DNA of 54,804 bases, filler included, from Sphacelaria rigidula (GCA_964200075.2; 5 parts of 5 records of this genome joined end to end with filler, not necessarily neighbours in it), one strand, 5' to 3'. Counted from the whole stretch's first letter, positions 10,983-24,344 are shown. Notes: generated from the letters alone by a model not told the origin. Numbers and translations are program-made.

Positions 10983-11905
10983 CGAACATCAACATGCAAG
11001 GAAGCCCTATTCTTTGCAAGCGTAATAGAAAACACTTTTGTAAGGTAACTGGCGATTCTGCTTCAGTGGTGACTGAAGGTAACCACAAGAGTGATGCAAT
11101 GTTCATGTCTCGAATAGCCACTTGAATACAAGGTAGCCCGGTCAAGAAACAGTGAATGCATCAAATGGCCATAGCTTTTGGGCGGCACTGCGTCAGGACA
11201 AGCGGAGTATGTCGTCATCGCGTACTTGAGGCGGCCACGCGCAACTATCTAGCCTAGAAACCTGCCGAGTTGGTGTCATGAAACTCGCGTCCCCCTGCCA
11301 TCCCTCTTTTAGTCTCAGGATTTTGTTCTCTGGGACGTTTTCATGCAAAAAACGGCAGGCAGATATTGCCTAAGCGTGGAACCCTCGAAGCGAGACGAAA
11401 AAACGGTGGTCATCTCATTCCGTGATGAATCGTCATCCGAACGTTATGGAGGGAACCCTACGACGTATGTAGGTTAAAATGCAGAGCGATCTTGGTGCAA
11501 ATGTTGCCACGTGAAGCTCAGTTGTTCCTTGGGAACCTGAACATCTGAGGCACGTGATTGGAATGAACTCGCCAACACCATATGCAACCCCCGGCTTATC
11601 TGATCATCATATTTTGCCGACTCGTTCCCGACTTTTCAATCGGCTTGGTCGTGTTTTGGCCAAGAAAGAAGGTGGGGCGTCCGAACTCTGTCGCTTGCAA
11701 ATCATTTGTCGAATCATCAGGTCTCAACTGAAAAAAAAAGTTGCGTCGGGCAATACTGGAGAATTTCCAAACTCTTGGTCGCTCCAGCTCGTGCGTATTC
11801 TGACTGCGACGTCGACATTAACGTGTACATACACACCTTAGGCCTACTTCGATCACGACAAACATAATTTCTTATAAAGAGGCATGCGCTGCTATCATAT
11901 AGCAC

Positions 11906-13465
11906 CTACCCCTGTTGCGTGCTCCTACCTAAGGCCCCTGGCTTCCTCCATGATTTCAACGGCACGTCTGATTCTCCGAAAACATCCACCATCTCCTTCT
12001 CCAGAGCTTCAACCTCGTCCGGGCGGTCGGCGAGCTGGCAGGCCGCCACCACGGCCAAATAACATATACTACTCGGCCCGATTCCGACTGACGGCATCTC
12101 TCGCAAAAGATGAAGAGCCCATTTCCACTTTCCGCTGGCGCTGCAGGCAGTTATGGTTGCGTGATAGGTGATGATATCTGGAGATAATCCCTTCACCGTC
12201 ATCTCCCTCAGGAGTCTCACCGCTTCCTCCCACTGACCCACGCGGCCGCATGCAGTAATCGCGGCTGTAAACGATATAGCATCTGGTGCTATCTTCACCG
12301 TAGGCATTTCCTTCAGCAGCGCTAACGCCATCTTCCACTCCCCGCCGGTCCCGCACGCAGCGATGGCCGAGTTGTAGCAATATATATTTGGGGCTACTCC
12401 CACTGTCAGCATCTCTCTCAAAAGACTTACCGCATGCTCCGATTTACCACGGCGGCCGCAGATCGTGATCGCAGCATTATACATGATGGCGGTCGGGGTG
12501 ATATCCAACTCCGGCAGCTGCCGCAAAAGTGTCACAGCCTTCTCAAACTTGTTTCCGTGCCCGTACGCCGTGATCATGTGGTTGTAGCAACCGTCGTCGG
12601 GTGTGATGCCCCTGGTGCGCATCTGCTGCAAAAGTACCTCCGCTGGCTGCCACTCTGCAGCCTTAGCGCAGGCTAATAGTGCTTTATTGTAGTTCACCAT
12701 ACTCGGAGAGAGCCCAGAACGTGACATTTTTCTCAACAGATCAATTGCCTCCTTCCACCTGCCGCTGGTCCCGCACGCGGAGATTGCCGCGGTGTAACAC
12801 GCTGCATCGGGAACGAGGTTCGCGGTCGTCCGCACCTCTGCCAAGACAGCTAATGCCCGCTGCCATTCACCGCCCATGCCACAGGCCGTGATGGCCGAAC
12901 AATAGCTCCCAATGTTGGGGACGACACCCATGTCCTGCATGCCCTCCAGAAGCTCTAGAGCCGGCTTCCACTGCCGCGTCTGCACACAGGCGTTCAGCGC
13001 AGCGTTCATGCAAAACACGTTAGGTTTCACCCCGCCACGCACCATCCTGTCCAATATCTCCAGGGCTTCCTGCAGCCGCCCGCGATTACCCAACTCGTTG
13101 ATGCACCCGGCGTACATAAATTTTGTCATGCCAAGGCCTACACGCCCCGTGACACCCCCTTGCCTCCCCACAGGCGAATTTCGTTTCATTGCTGCGTTCC
13201 TCTCCGTATCGTCCAGTATCCGCAGAATACCTTGCCAATCGTCCTTTGGCACCCTCTTGACTCTCCCAACGAAATTTTTGGAGCGCAAATCCCACGTTTC
13301 TCGAACTGCGGCGACAGCCCCGGAAGGTTTTGGGGTTGCCTGCCCGTCTGTGTCTGGAACAAGAAACGCAGAAAGGGCACCGTGTGGTGCCACAGAAGTG
13401 GTGGTCACGGTTAATATCAGAGTAGGGGTACGAGAGAGCAAGCTCAGCGTACCAAAGGTAGGCAA
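11906..13465 (-). CDS. Pentatricopeptide repeat protein (11 P-type repeats), uninterrupted reading frame; true start uncertain
   Basis: Tandem ~35-aa motifs such as YNSAIAACGTGGEWKMALALLKEMPTVKIAPD; frame open from 13486 to stop 11906; first in-frame ATG at 13189; N-terminal ...GALSAFLVP motif. Confidence 0.93.
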   Translation of the reverse strand: MPTFGTLSLLSRTPTLILTVTTTSVAPHGALSAFLVPDTDGQATPKPSGAVAAVRETWDLRSKNFVGRVKRVPKDDWQGILRILDDTERNAAMKRNSPVGRQGGVTGRVGLGMTKFMYAGCINELGNRGRLQEALEILDRMVRGGVKPNVFCMNAALNACVQTRQWKPALELLEGMQDMGVVPNIGSYCSAITACGMGGEWQRALAVLAEVRTTANLVPDAACYTAAISACGTSGRWKEAIDLLRKMSRSGLSPSMVNYNKALLACAKAAEWQPAEVLLQQMRTRGITPDDGCYNHMITAYGHGNKFEKAVTLLRQLPELDITPTAIMYNAAITICGRRGKSEHAVSLLREMLTVGVAPNIYCYNSAIAACGTGGEWKMALALLKEMPTVKIAPDAISFTAAITACGRVGQWEEAVRLLREMTVKGLSPDIITYHATITACSASGKWKWALHLLREMPSVGIGPSSICYLAVVAACQLADRPDEVEALEKEMVDVFGESDVPLKSWRKPGALGRSTQQG

Positions 13466-16431
13466 TAGTATGGAATTACTGCATTCTCAACAGAATCAAG
13501 TCTACCAACAGCGGGAGAGAGATAGTCCTCTCTGCGCGTGCAGGGGAAGGATATGAGACAGAATGATATAGGGCGAAATATACTTTTATAGCTGTACCCT
13601 GCTACGGTGGAGATACACAGCAATGAAGCGTCAAAGGTGTGAAACGAAAAATCAATATTGAGAGGATTGATCTGCCAGTTTCGTCATGTCTGATCACCAC
13701 CTCTATATGACCCGAGTCCCTTACTGATGACCCGGGACCATTTCCTCAGACCGCTTCCCCGGACCTGTCATTCTCCCATTCCCAGCCAGGTGGGGTTGAC
13801 GGTATCAGCGGCGGCCTCCATCTCTGAGTAACCCTTCTAGATCCACCCACATCAGTCATGGTGTCATGGGGGTTCAAAGTCTAAGCAGTATGACAAGAAT
13901 TGATCAAGTGACATAACGGAGAGCTGGGGAGCTCCGAGTATACGGTATGGCGTTGACATTTCCACATCTCAAAATGGGCGAAAAAGTCTGCACTTAAAAC
14001 TTGCACTGTTCACGCCAATACTTTGTTCCTCAGTAAAGAGTTTCTCTTCTGAGAACAAAACCGGTATCATTTCCGTGCAAAATTGTTGCAGAGGTCACCC
14101 AGTATGCACATATCAACATATATTATTTATGCGTTTGTCCTCGAACAAGGTTGCATGTTTTGACTGGATGATAACTGGACTTGTCAGCTCTGGTCCTCAG
14201 AGATCTTAATCCCTCATCTTCAGCTTCAGAGAAACAGCGGGCGGAACACCGCTGCAGCTGGGGGGTGCTGTAACCATTATACCACCTCTACCTACATGAC
14301 CCGCCCCGCTTACCACTGACCCGTGCCCAACAATCCCGACCGTCGTCCCCGGCCTGTTATCCCATCGTCTGTCATTCTCCAATCCCCAGTCCGAGCTATG
14401 GTCGTACTTCTCGCTCAGGGTGCGGAATGGCGCAACCTCCGTCTACCTGTTCATTTCCTTGTTCCAAGTCCTGTTTCTGCAGGGTTTACCAACTCCGAGT
14501 CTACGCCGCGTTCCCATACGCCCCGTACACCTTACACCGGTTGAGAAGCTATCACCTACACTCCCTCTGTCCACGGTAAGATAGACCACACCAATCGTCC
14601 ACGAGCGCTGTTTCTTCATACTGATGGGAAGACGGCGAGGGGAAAAACCATTTTCATAGTTGCACATGACTTTCGCTCGGCGTGTTTGCGCGTTTCATTC
14701 GTGCCGAACATGATGGAGACGATGTACCGTTGTCGACTACTAGAGATGGGTACCGCGAACAGGATGAGAGGAACCGCCTTGCGGTATTCGCGTATCAACA
14801 GCCATGGCGGCCGACCGCAGCACAAGTCGAATTATTATGCCGCACCTTCGACGTGCTGGAGGGGGGCAATGTGGATGCTTCCTGTTTTCCAGGAATATAA
14901 AACCATCTAATGTTGCCCAGTCCGTCTGTCAACAGCACTTATAGCCACGAATTTGCACAGCAGTGTGGGGAGAGCTGGCTGGCAAAATACATCGATGTCT
15001 CAAGTATCGCCAGCACCTGCTGCTCTCCTTCATGTGCGGCATGTACCTCCGGTGGACTACAGGAGTAGTGTAATTTCAAGTGAACAAAACGCGTGTTCCT
15101 ATCGCTCTTGACCCTTTTGGAATCCATTGACGATCTCTGTTTTCGTGAATCGGCATAATTTTCAGTCATTTTCAAGTCAAAATGATGCCGTATCACAAAA
15201 ACAAGAATCGTCCGTGCGTTCCAGAAGGGTGAATTTCAGCCAGCGGTAGTGTGGCCAAGTAGCGAGCAAGGTAATGACCACCCTCCACCCCCCTTCACCT
15301 CAACACAGGCCGATCCCTTTGTCGGCTCTGACCAAGTCATGGCGGTACCGTAGCTGACAGCGTGAGCCGGACCGTAAATGTTCCAATTTCTTGGCAACCG
15401 AAGAGCAACGGAGAGGACCGTAGGTGACACCATGGCGTGCTCTCGGTAGGCGGGCTGCTGCTGTGCTCCGTTTCCTCACGACACGGCCGCGAAGACAACG
15501 CGAAGCGTGATTTTTCATGGAGCAAGGCAGAAACGGAGATATATGGTCGAGAGGCTCACAGAAAGAGGAGAAAGGCATCGTTTACAAAACGCAACTGGGG
15601 CATCCTCAAAAATTGTAAACTGAGCCTCGACCCCTCCTATTGGCGATCCTCATCTGCGAGCGCCCTCTGTAGTCGACATGACGAAACCTCCGGGGTGTTC
15701 CTCGTGGTTTTTCAACAACAGAGTGCGTGTTGGAAATTTTATTCTACAGGGAAAGAAATACATCGTTCTGTGGCGTGTGCAAAATACTGGAAACTCAATG
15801 TTGCAGAAATTTGTAGGCGTCATGGTATGCCCGAGACCAAACAAAAAGAGTGTAACACCACCATGATAAGAAGGTCGGCATACTCTTCACCACGCCCGCC
15901 AATGGTTGTGTCGTCAACAGACAGCTTCCGAAGCCGTCTTTTATCGCCAGCGTAGTTTTGCTCGTCGCTGAGCCTCCTCACATGGGGATGCCACAATTGA
16001 ATGTGGAAATTAAAGCTCGGAAACTTGAGACTATTCTCGACCCCAAAACTGGAGGCACTGCCACTCCATGCCTTAGATACTATGCACCATCGAATTGAGA
16101 GAAGCCCAGTTGCCGGCTTACTAGGCTCCTAGGTTTTGCAAACGGTCACTCACCAAAATTCAGCGGCACATGACCAAGAGTAAAGCTTGATGTGACGTTT
16201 GGGAATCTCCAAGGGTGTTGGATAGGGTTTTCCCTGCACTTGGGCAATTTGAAAAATCGTGCCCTGTGCAATCAAAATTCGGGTGGAGTATCAAGAGCGT
16301 ACTCAACAACGCTCAGTTCTTGGGTAGAATATTGCGATCGTAGCTAACTCTACCAAATATTCGGGAAGAGGTTGGAGATAAGGCCATCGCAACGCAAAAT
16401 TCGAGAGAGTAAATACCCGGGTAAAGTGCGA

Positions 16432-16451
16432 CAATCAATCAATCAATCAAT
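16432..16451 (+). repeat. (AATC)n microsatellite
   Basis: caatcaatcaatcaatcaat. Confidence 0.8.
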
Positions 16452-19400
16452 TACACCGCCCGACACGCTCTCGAAAATTCCATGTTGCCTTATTAATTTC
16501 CGGTTGGAGTTCTAGCAAGTGATCATTTGCAAAAAGTCAGAGCCTCGCGAAGCGGAAAAATGGCCTAGGCTCCTCTCGGTACGGTGGTGCTCAGTGTCCA
16601 AGACATACGATGGCAGTATTCTTCCTCCTGTGGGGGTCATAAACGGTGTCAGATTGTCGCAGAACTCAAATGTCCAAATGAAAACCTTCGCATCCCTATG
16701 AGAAGCGGCATGGGGTCATATCTCATGAGATATCTGCTTTTTCTATTTCAAAACCGACTTCATGATAATCCAAGTGAACCCCACGTCGATATTTTCGTGC
16801 GTTCATACCGCGATACCATAGCCCACATCTTCACAACCTATAATTCACAACATACACCGATAATTGTTGTCACTTCTCTTACATCACATGCCGACGCTCT
16901 CGCTGGGGCAGACTAACAAGTCGTGGGGCAACACTAAGACCGTGACCCTCGAGCTGCTACCCATGTTGAAAGGGTGCCCGGATTGTACATCATCCGTGCT
17001 CCAAATAAGTATTCTTGATGAGTGTGGCGGCATGGTAGTGAAGATATCTGCTGCCAATCATGGATGTGTGGTCAGTCGCGGGCTACAAGGATGTAGGCTT
17101 GGGCGCAGCGGCGTGTGAACACAAAAAGGTCACCAATCGAGCGACTTGGTTTCTCGTGAAAATCATCTTTTATATTTACATCCTCGTTCCGTAAGAACGG
17201 CTTTTCGCTTCAAGGTCTTTAAATAATGGGTATTCCTCATCTCGGGCACAACTTCGAACGTACGACGTGAAGATAAGGATGGTGCATAAGCGCCCCAAGG
17301 TCAACTTCATTGATTGGTCAGGCTGCCTTAGAAAATACAGGCGAGCGCAGGGGAAATAGAGATGGATCTTACTCGGATTTTATCCGGACAAAAACAGGTC
17401 TCTTGTTACTGATATGTGCTTGTTTACTGCATCGACATGCATGACTTCCAAGAGATCCATATTTCACCGCAACATTTACATCGTCACTTGATGAGTAGAT
17501 CATGATGGTTGGGTATTTTGCGCACGCGCAAGCCTCATCTCTTGGGTCTTCTCCAGGGGGGAGGGATGATACGGCGCCGCGGAGGCGGGCCGAATTGCGG
17601 GCGTTCTTGGCGATCGGTGGCTTAGCGCCGAAGTCGGTTTCAGGGGCCACCGAATTGGGAGACCTGAAGCTGCTGATTCGGCGGGGTTGCCAGCCTGACA
17701 CTTTTGCCGTAGATGCATACATACACAACGAATATCGACATATCACCACCTAACAGCGGATCTAACCACGAACGATTTCAGGATTTCGCGTAGCCTCCAG
17801 AGTCTTATACATTAAAAACAAAATCTTATATTAAAAAATACCAACACGATTGACTCCATGTCTTTGTCCGTGTAGTTATCAAACAAGTGTTCAGACGTCC
17901 CTAAAATAAAGCCTGCGTTGTTGGAAGTCCGTCAACGCAGGGAAAATGAAGGAGATGTGAAGCAAAATAGCAGATTACGCTCACGATTATACCCTCCGAG
18001 GGACTTTCCGGTGGGGGGCTCCGGCGGCCTTTCGCGGCTACGCGTCGATACGGCCGGAGGCCAATATTTTTCCCTGATCAATACCAGAATCGTGAACAGG
18101 TATAGCGTGTACAGTAGTTTCATCACCATGTGAAGCTAATGATGCAGCGAATCTCACCTCAGCAACTACGTGCCCCAAACATATGCTAACGAAACATCGT
18201 GCAGCGGAGCTGTCAAATGCATCCATCGTGGATTGTTTTACCCCCAAGATGGACGTCTCCAGATTTTGTCCACTGACAGCTCCGCGACATTATGGAGGGC
18301 GGTTTTCTACGCGTAAATGGGCGCTAGATCAACATGGGCGATTAGCAGGAGTTGTACGAAGCTATAGCTTAAACCAGGAGGCGCACAACACATTTTCTCC
18401 CATGGCTGCGGGAGGTGGGTGCATGACTCTTCCTTCGTGCATTGTTCTGCTGTGTACCGGACGCATGACAACATAGACTGCGGGCGTTATCACCGCTACT
18501 TGACTGTTAATTTCGTAATGTGACGGCCAATATGCAGCTGACTATCGGTCATGCACGAAGAGTTACGGCCCGCAACAAATGCATGGTAACGGTATTTCTT
18601 ACGTAGGCTTTGTTCTCAACCGAAAAAACAAATCCAATCGTCCCGAAAGCTCGTCAAGCTGGTGCCTGGCCAGGGAAATAGGCAGTCAATGGCCTAAAGC
18701 CATTGAGAGCAAATAAATCGTTAGACTTCGCAACTGCCTTATTCGTTAGTTCGCACATTGCGATAACAATGAGCGCTCCGAGTTCCGAATTGCGGACGTG
18801 TTTTTTCTCCATGAGTTCAAGAGCGAAGCCTGGGTCTCGCATACACGATTACAACCCTTTTGCCGCCGGAGCCCTCATATGTACCCTAGACGGACAACTG
18901 CAAGAAGTGTGAAAAGCAGCGGCTCTGTCAATATTGATGAATTTATACTGCGCGAGTGAGGGGTTCGGGACGCCGCATTTCTGCGTGAAGGGGGTGTTAT
19001 CGGGAGTAAGTAGATGATATGGAAATACACCAAAACCAAGATAACAACGAAAGCACGGAATACTTGCTATTACATTTGAAGACGGAATTTTCATGACCCC
19101 GCCCGTGAAGCACGAATTGAGCAAAGATTCGTAACGTAAACGCAACATCACATTTGTCTGCCTTACCAAGACTGCTGGCCGTGCAACCGCGGGCCTGCGT
19201 GTGAGTGCTTGATGACAGTCTCTCTAGTGCAACTTCTAGCGGATAAGGGCAATGGCGGAGAACACTGCTCTGTGTATCGTCCTGTATTCTCCAAAGGCGA
19301 CCACAGTGGTTCACCACCGACGCTTCGTCGCGCAATACATCGCCCGTGCAAAGGCAAGCAATGGCCTTTGGCCAGCCCAGCAGTTGTGGAGTCAGCGTCA

Positions 19401-21346
19401 CCAGTTATCTCTGTTGCATCGCCTCATGCACCACGGTGCCAGCATCTAGGATAGCGTCGGCCGACTGCTGGACTACTGCATGCGACTGCAGAGTTCCTGT
19501 ATGCAAAGTGCGTTGTACACCCGATGAAGGCAGTACAGCACTGCACTGCCTGTACTGCACGTCGAATATGTAGTAAGATGGTTACACATATCCCGCGGGA
19601 CGATCAGCCGAAGTATTGTACCGAAACGAGGCGTGGTGCTCAAAGGGTAAATGTACCTGAGTACAGCAGTAGAGTTGAACATGAAACATAAACAGGTAGC
19701 AGACGCCACCATCGTTCACGTTTGGGAGGCGACACTGCATACCACACACCCGCCGGTGTTCACACTTTCAACCTCAATTTAATCAAACGCTGCGGTGCTA
19801 GTGACACCGAAACTGGCACCCTTTAACAGCTCTCATAAGATCCGTCGTTTCACGCGCTCTTTTGTTGACGCGGGGGTCCTTCGGGGAGAGACTCGATTGG
19901 GAAAAGTCGTTAATTTGGGGGTGTTATACCCCGTCACATACGGTGCACGACATAGGCTGTATACGGATTCATACGCTGAATAGAAGCCTGCCTTCACATG
20001 ACCTCCAAAATCAACCCTACCCCAGCGTCAGCCTTACTCAGGCTACTATGCCTTGATGCGTGGAGTGTACCCTAGCTGGGCAGATATCCAGAAGTTGACA
20101 GGCTCCACTGACACACAACACACCCCGCCCGGACACGATCATGAGCAGCATACCTCATCTGCTTACCTGAACCCTGCCGGGCCCCTGGCGTCTCCACAGC
20201 AACAGTAGCACCCGCCGAGGAAACATGACTAGCCCTCACCACAGGAACGCGCTTCGGTGCACTCGAAGCCCTCCTTTCCCCCCCAGCCGCCGCGTCCGCT
20301 GTTCCCTCCTCCGCCCTGACGAGGCGGGCCGGTATGCGGACGGAAGGTACGAATCCTCCAAGAGGGATCATGTTTCTGGCCACATCATTAATATGCCGAT
20401 TCGGGGTGTAATAATACTTGAAGTGGTGCCCAACACTACTGCGCCCAGGTAGAAGGGAAAGTATCGTAATGAACGCCATCTAGTGTACTGCTGTCCTACC
20501 TCAGGGACGGACGCAGCACACCACCGTCCCTCCCACACCTGGGTTGTTATCACCTTGTTTATCACCCTCTAAAAAAATCGATTCGCGACCAGGTCTGCAA
20601 TGTAGGTTGCATCAAGCAGCTAACCACGCAGGCATAAGTGGGGGGAAGAAAAAATGCGTTGATATCTACGTCCACAGAAGACAATTTCACCCACGTCTAC
20701 TCATCATAGCGTACCCAGTGCGTGCTGATACTTTCACACACGCTGTCATGGACAAAAGCACTCTTTGTACAAAACCCATACCATTTTCCATTACTACAGC
20801 ATTATATGTGGGTTCCCAGAAGGTGGCAACCGCGGGTCTGAATTGATGGACTGCAACAGCACGCAAATGTCTGAAATCCTACTGATCCCCAGCGCAGGTC
20901 AACCTAGACACAGGGAAACAAGATATGTCAACCTTTTATAGTCCTCCGTCCGCACAGTTCGGCCTTCTTTGAACCGAAAATTTCTTGTAACGTGCTAACT
21001 AGCCCGTGGAGGTGGCTGTAAATAACCGCTCTCGTGCAGCTCATCATCTCTGTACAAGGACGAGCTTGATGCGACACTGCAGCCGAAATGTGCCTCCTAG
21101 AGGTTCGATAATAAACAGTATTATGAGGCTGTAAAAACGACGTTAGCATCGACTATTTCAGAGGCGCCATGCGCAGGCGGTGTCCACGGAGGGTGAGGGG
21201 CGAGACGCGGGAAGTATAGGAGAGTACGTGCTCCGTTGTGTTTGGTGGAGATGTATAGAAACCAAGCAGGTGTATGTGTTTTGCGATACACATCATCATC
21301 GGTACGAGCTGGGCCAGCCTAGAGGCGGGTGTGAAGTTTGCAGGCT

Positions 21347-21609
21347 CATGTTCATTTATACATTTAGAGTTGGGCCCTGAAATTTGGTATTGACAATGTA
21401 TAGGGCATGAAAAAAATCAATACTTCGGTACCGAAAGTTTTTTTTTCTTCATGAGCGAAGGGTATTTTACTGATACCTGAAAAGCGATTATTGCCCTTAA
21501 CTCATGAAAAAAAAACACTTTTGGTACCGAAGTAATTTTTATTTATAATAGCCTATGCACTGTCCATACCAAATTTCAGGGCGCAACTCTAAATGTATAA
21601 AAGAGCATG
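21347..21609. mobile_element. Foldback MITE (core 21361-21595, TA-flanked)
   Basis: TA|CATTTAGAGTTGGGCCCTGAAATTTGGTA... / ...TACCAAATTTCAGGGCGCAACTCTAAATG|TA; inner arms tacttcggtaccgaaag / cttttggtaccgaagta also pair. Confidence 0.85.
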
Positions 21610-21863
21610 GACCTATCAAAAACCGGGTCGGCAGAAATTCGGAACAGTATTCCGCAGGCCACTCACCCGCCCAAGTTTGGTTTTCGTGTATTGAAATTTG
21701 GTGTCGGCGCTCTCTAAGGCATAATTATCAAAAAAAGTGGGTGAGGCTGATTTTTTTCACTTTTTTTCACTGGTTCAGGGCGTTCTACTATGGTCAAGAC
21801 CATTTTTTCACGAGAACGTCCGAACCTCTATGAAAAAAAAAAAGGAAGGCCCAATTTTTTTTT

Positions 21864-21963
21864 NNNNNNNNNNNNNNNNNNNNNNNNNNNNNNNNNNNNN
21901 NNNNNNNTTAATTAATTAANNNNNNNNNNNNNNNNNNNNNNNNNNNNNNNNNNNNNNNNNNNN
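21864..21963. other. Artificial contig spacer
   Basis: Same 100-bp N/TTAATTAATTAA/N linker. Confidence 0.98.
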
Positions 21964-22033
21964 TGGACACAATCCCGGGGAGCGGTTGATTCTCATTTCA
22001 AAATACGTTCTGATTTTTTTGGCAACCCTGTTG

Positions 22034-22553
22034 TCAGGAGATCACGGGTCACGGTAACCAACTGCATCGAAGTCGCAAGACCTGTGAAAGCTAGAGAGTT
22101 TGATTCTTATGATCTGCATGCACAAAGTTGAAACGGTTCTGAAAACCTGAGGGAGGACAACTTCCCTGTCCCCCAGCCGGGCATCGACGAACGAAGAAAG
22201 ACTTTTACAGGCGGGTACAACACATATGAGGACCCGGAGAAGTTTCTTTCCATCAAAATTTGTGTATTCCAAGCTGCGAAGGCGTTCCATGCGCATTATT
22301 TTCTAATACGAACGGTAACTTGTCGATTTCTGTTCCGTTATTCGAGCTCTGTCCGATGCCGATTCCGGAAAATTTTCGTATTGCTGTTCGACAGTTTCTT
22401 CGAACGTTTGACTGGACCCGGAGCGGCTACCTTTCCTCAGGTTTTCAGAACCGTTTCAACTTTGTGCATGCAGATCATAAGAATCAAACTCTCTAGCTTT
22501 CACAGATCTTGCGACTTCGATGCGGTTGGTTACCGTGACCCATGATCTCCTGA
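22034..22553. mobile_element. MITE with ~120-bp near-perfect terminal inverted repeats
   Basis: 22034-~22152 and ~22435-22553 are reverse complements with only a handful of mismatches; ~280-bp non-coding spacer. Confidence 0.88.
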
Positions 22554-22689
22554 TATCGGAATAATTATTACTTATGGGAAGGTACTCGTACTGTACCCAG
22601 CTGTTCACGTGACCAGCGTGCTGCACATTGCCTATGCGCCACGCTAGCAACAGTTAGATCACCACCATAGGTATCTTTTTTCACTCCGC

Positions 22690-23010
22690 ATGTCGAAAAG
22701 GTCTCAACAAGCGCTTGATCTTTAATACACCCCCCTCAACTGGCGTGTGGCAGGCCCTTCTGCTCTTCTGCTCGAGCACCCCGTTGGGAGAGGTCGGCGA
22801 GAATCAACGATGAATAACATCCTCTAAGTTCAAATTGGATCTATATGTTATTGCCTCAGCACCGCTCTTCCTGGCATGTGTGTGACAGAAAACAGTAGTA
22901 GCGGTGACGCGAACATTGCCCTATTTTTTCAACGACATGTTTTTCAGCGCACAGAGGCGCGTCCTGTCCAAAAGGAGAGGCAGAGAGAAATCGATCTTCG
23001 CGTTGGCGAC
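22690..23010 (+). repeat. Dispersed repeat family R2; inverted copy at ~33700-34050
   Basis: ctggcatgtgtgtgaca..aacagtagtagcggtgacg..aacat and agcgcacagaggc.cgtcc.gtc are reverse complements of sequence at 33760-33860. Confidence 0.75.
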
Positions 23011-24344
23011 AAGCAAGAAGAGACGACAGAATCTCTCCGCAGCTTGGTGTCTCGGGACATTGGAAAATTGGGACATGCTGGTAAGATCGGTGATGCCAGT
23101 CTCTCGAGAGTTTGGTAAACGCCGAGCGGGGACACAAAGGACGCGGGCGAGGAGCTTCCTCTCTGTCGTTGCTTCTCTCTCTGGTGATATCGTCATCGAC
23201 ACGCGTGTACTATACACCGCATTCGTTAGGTGCACCTAGCCACAGCTGCTCAAGTGCTGCGGATATTTGAGGGGGAAGATGGCTTCGCTAGGTCGCTAGT
23301 GATTCGCGTCTTCCCTGCAAAAGAAATGCCACTTCAACCCTGTGATGTGATAAGGGTGAAGCACCTTGAGAAGGGTGAAATGGTGTTCACCTCGATTGTT
23401 CCAGGTTCAGACCTCTGTGTACGTTGTTTGTTTACTCAGCTCAGTAGCGCAGGCTGACCACAGCCGCTCTCGTGCTGCTTATTCAAACGTGTTTCGCCGC
23501 CCGCTAAATCAACATAAACTGAGGTCATACCATAACATCCAAGAGTCGTTCTCCTCAATCCATGCCATGGTTGGGTCACTACCTTTTTTCGAATTCAAAT
23601 ACATGCTCTCCGTAGAACGTCAACCTCAAGGGGCAGCCAATTCTCCGCTATTTGAATATGAAGTGTCCATCATTGAATGTCACCTTTGCCCAAGATCATG
23701 GCTACGTCCTGCAGTCACATCATGTCACAACCCCATATTTTGTATCAACCCCATTTTGTAGGATTCACTGTTGATTGTGGCATGTACGCTTTCCCCCGAA
23801 TTTCCCCGAATGTCCCCCCCTAATCATGCGTTTGGTGCAATTACTACGTTTTAGTATGGACTGGGGATCCAAAACAACATGCGGGAAATCACGGGAGCGC
23901 TATACTGATTGTAAGTAAAACGATAAATCGTTCCGACCATCCGGGCTTTGAATACCTGGGGAGGCGTCGTATCTGGGTCAGGGACAGGGGTCCAACACGA
24001 TCTTGGCAGTGGCACCAAATTCGGTAACAATCCCCGCACGGGTCGTTCAGATCTAGACAAATAATTTCGCTTTCCATGATTGGATGGGTTGATTCTTGAC
24101 TTTTTTAAATTATTTAACTAACACATGGTCAAATCTGTGTTAGTTGGGGGGCCGGTCCCCAAATGGTCGACAGCCCACTCGCGCGACCAGTTGAAACTTG
24201 ACTGATCGGAGTCACCCGTTCACAGCTCTAGGGTTGCAGCTTACCCTATTTGTGCGGTGAGTGTTGGCGACGAGCTATGCATGAACTCTGAGCCGTCACA
24301 CGTCTTTGGTGTCTGTTGGATGGCAAGTTCACATTGTCCACGCA

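Noticed and set aside
12912-13556. 214-aa plus-strand ORF
   Set aside because: Antisense shadow of the GC-rich PPR coding sequence.
13720-13790. Hammerhead ribozyme at CTGATGA
   Set aside because: No stem II followed by GAAA and no closing stems; the same holds for other CTGATGA hits checked.
15236-19700. Many short ORFs in contig 2
   Set aside because: No recognisable domains or consistent splice chain; expected by chance at this GC content.
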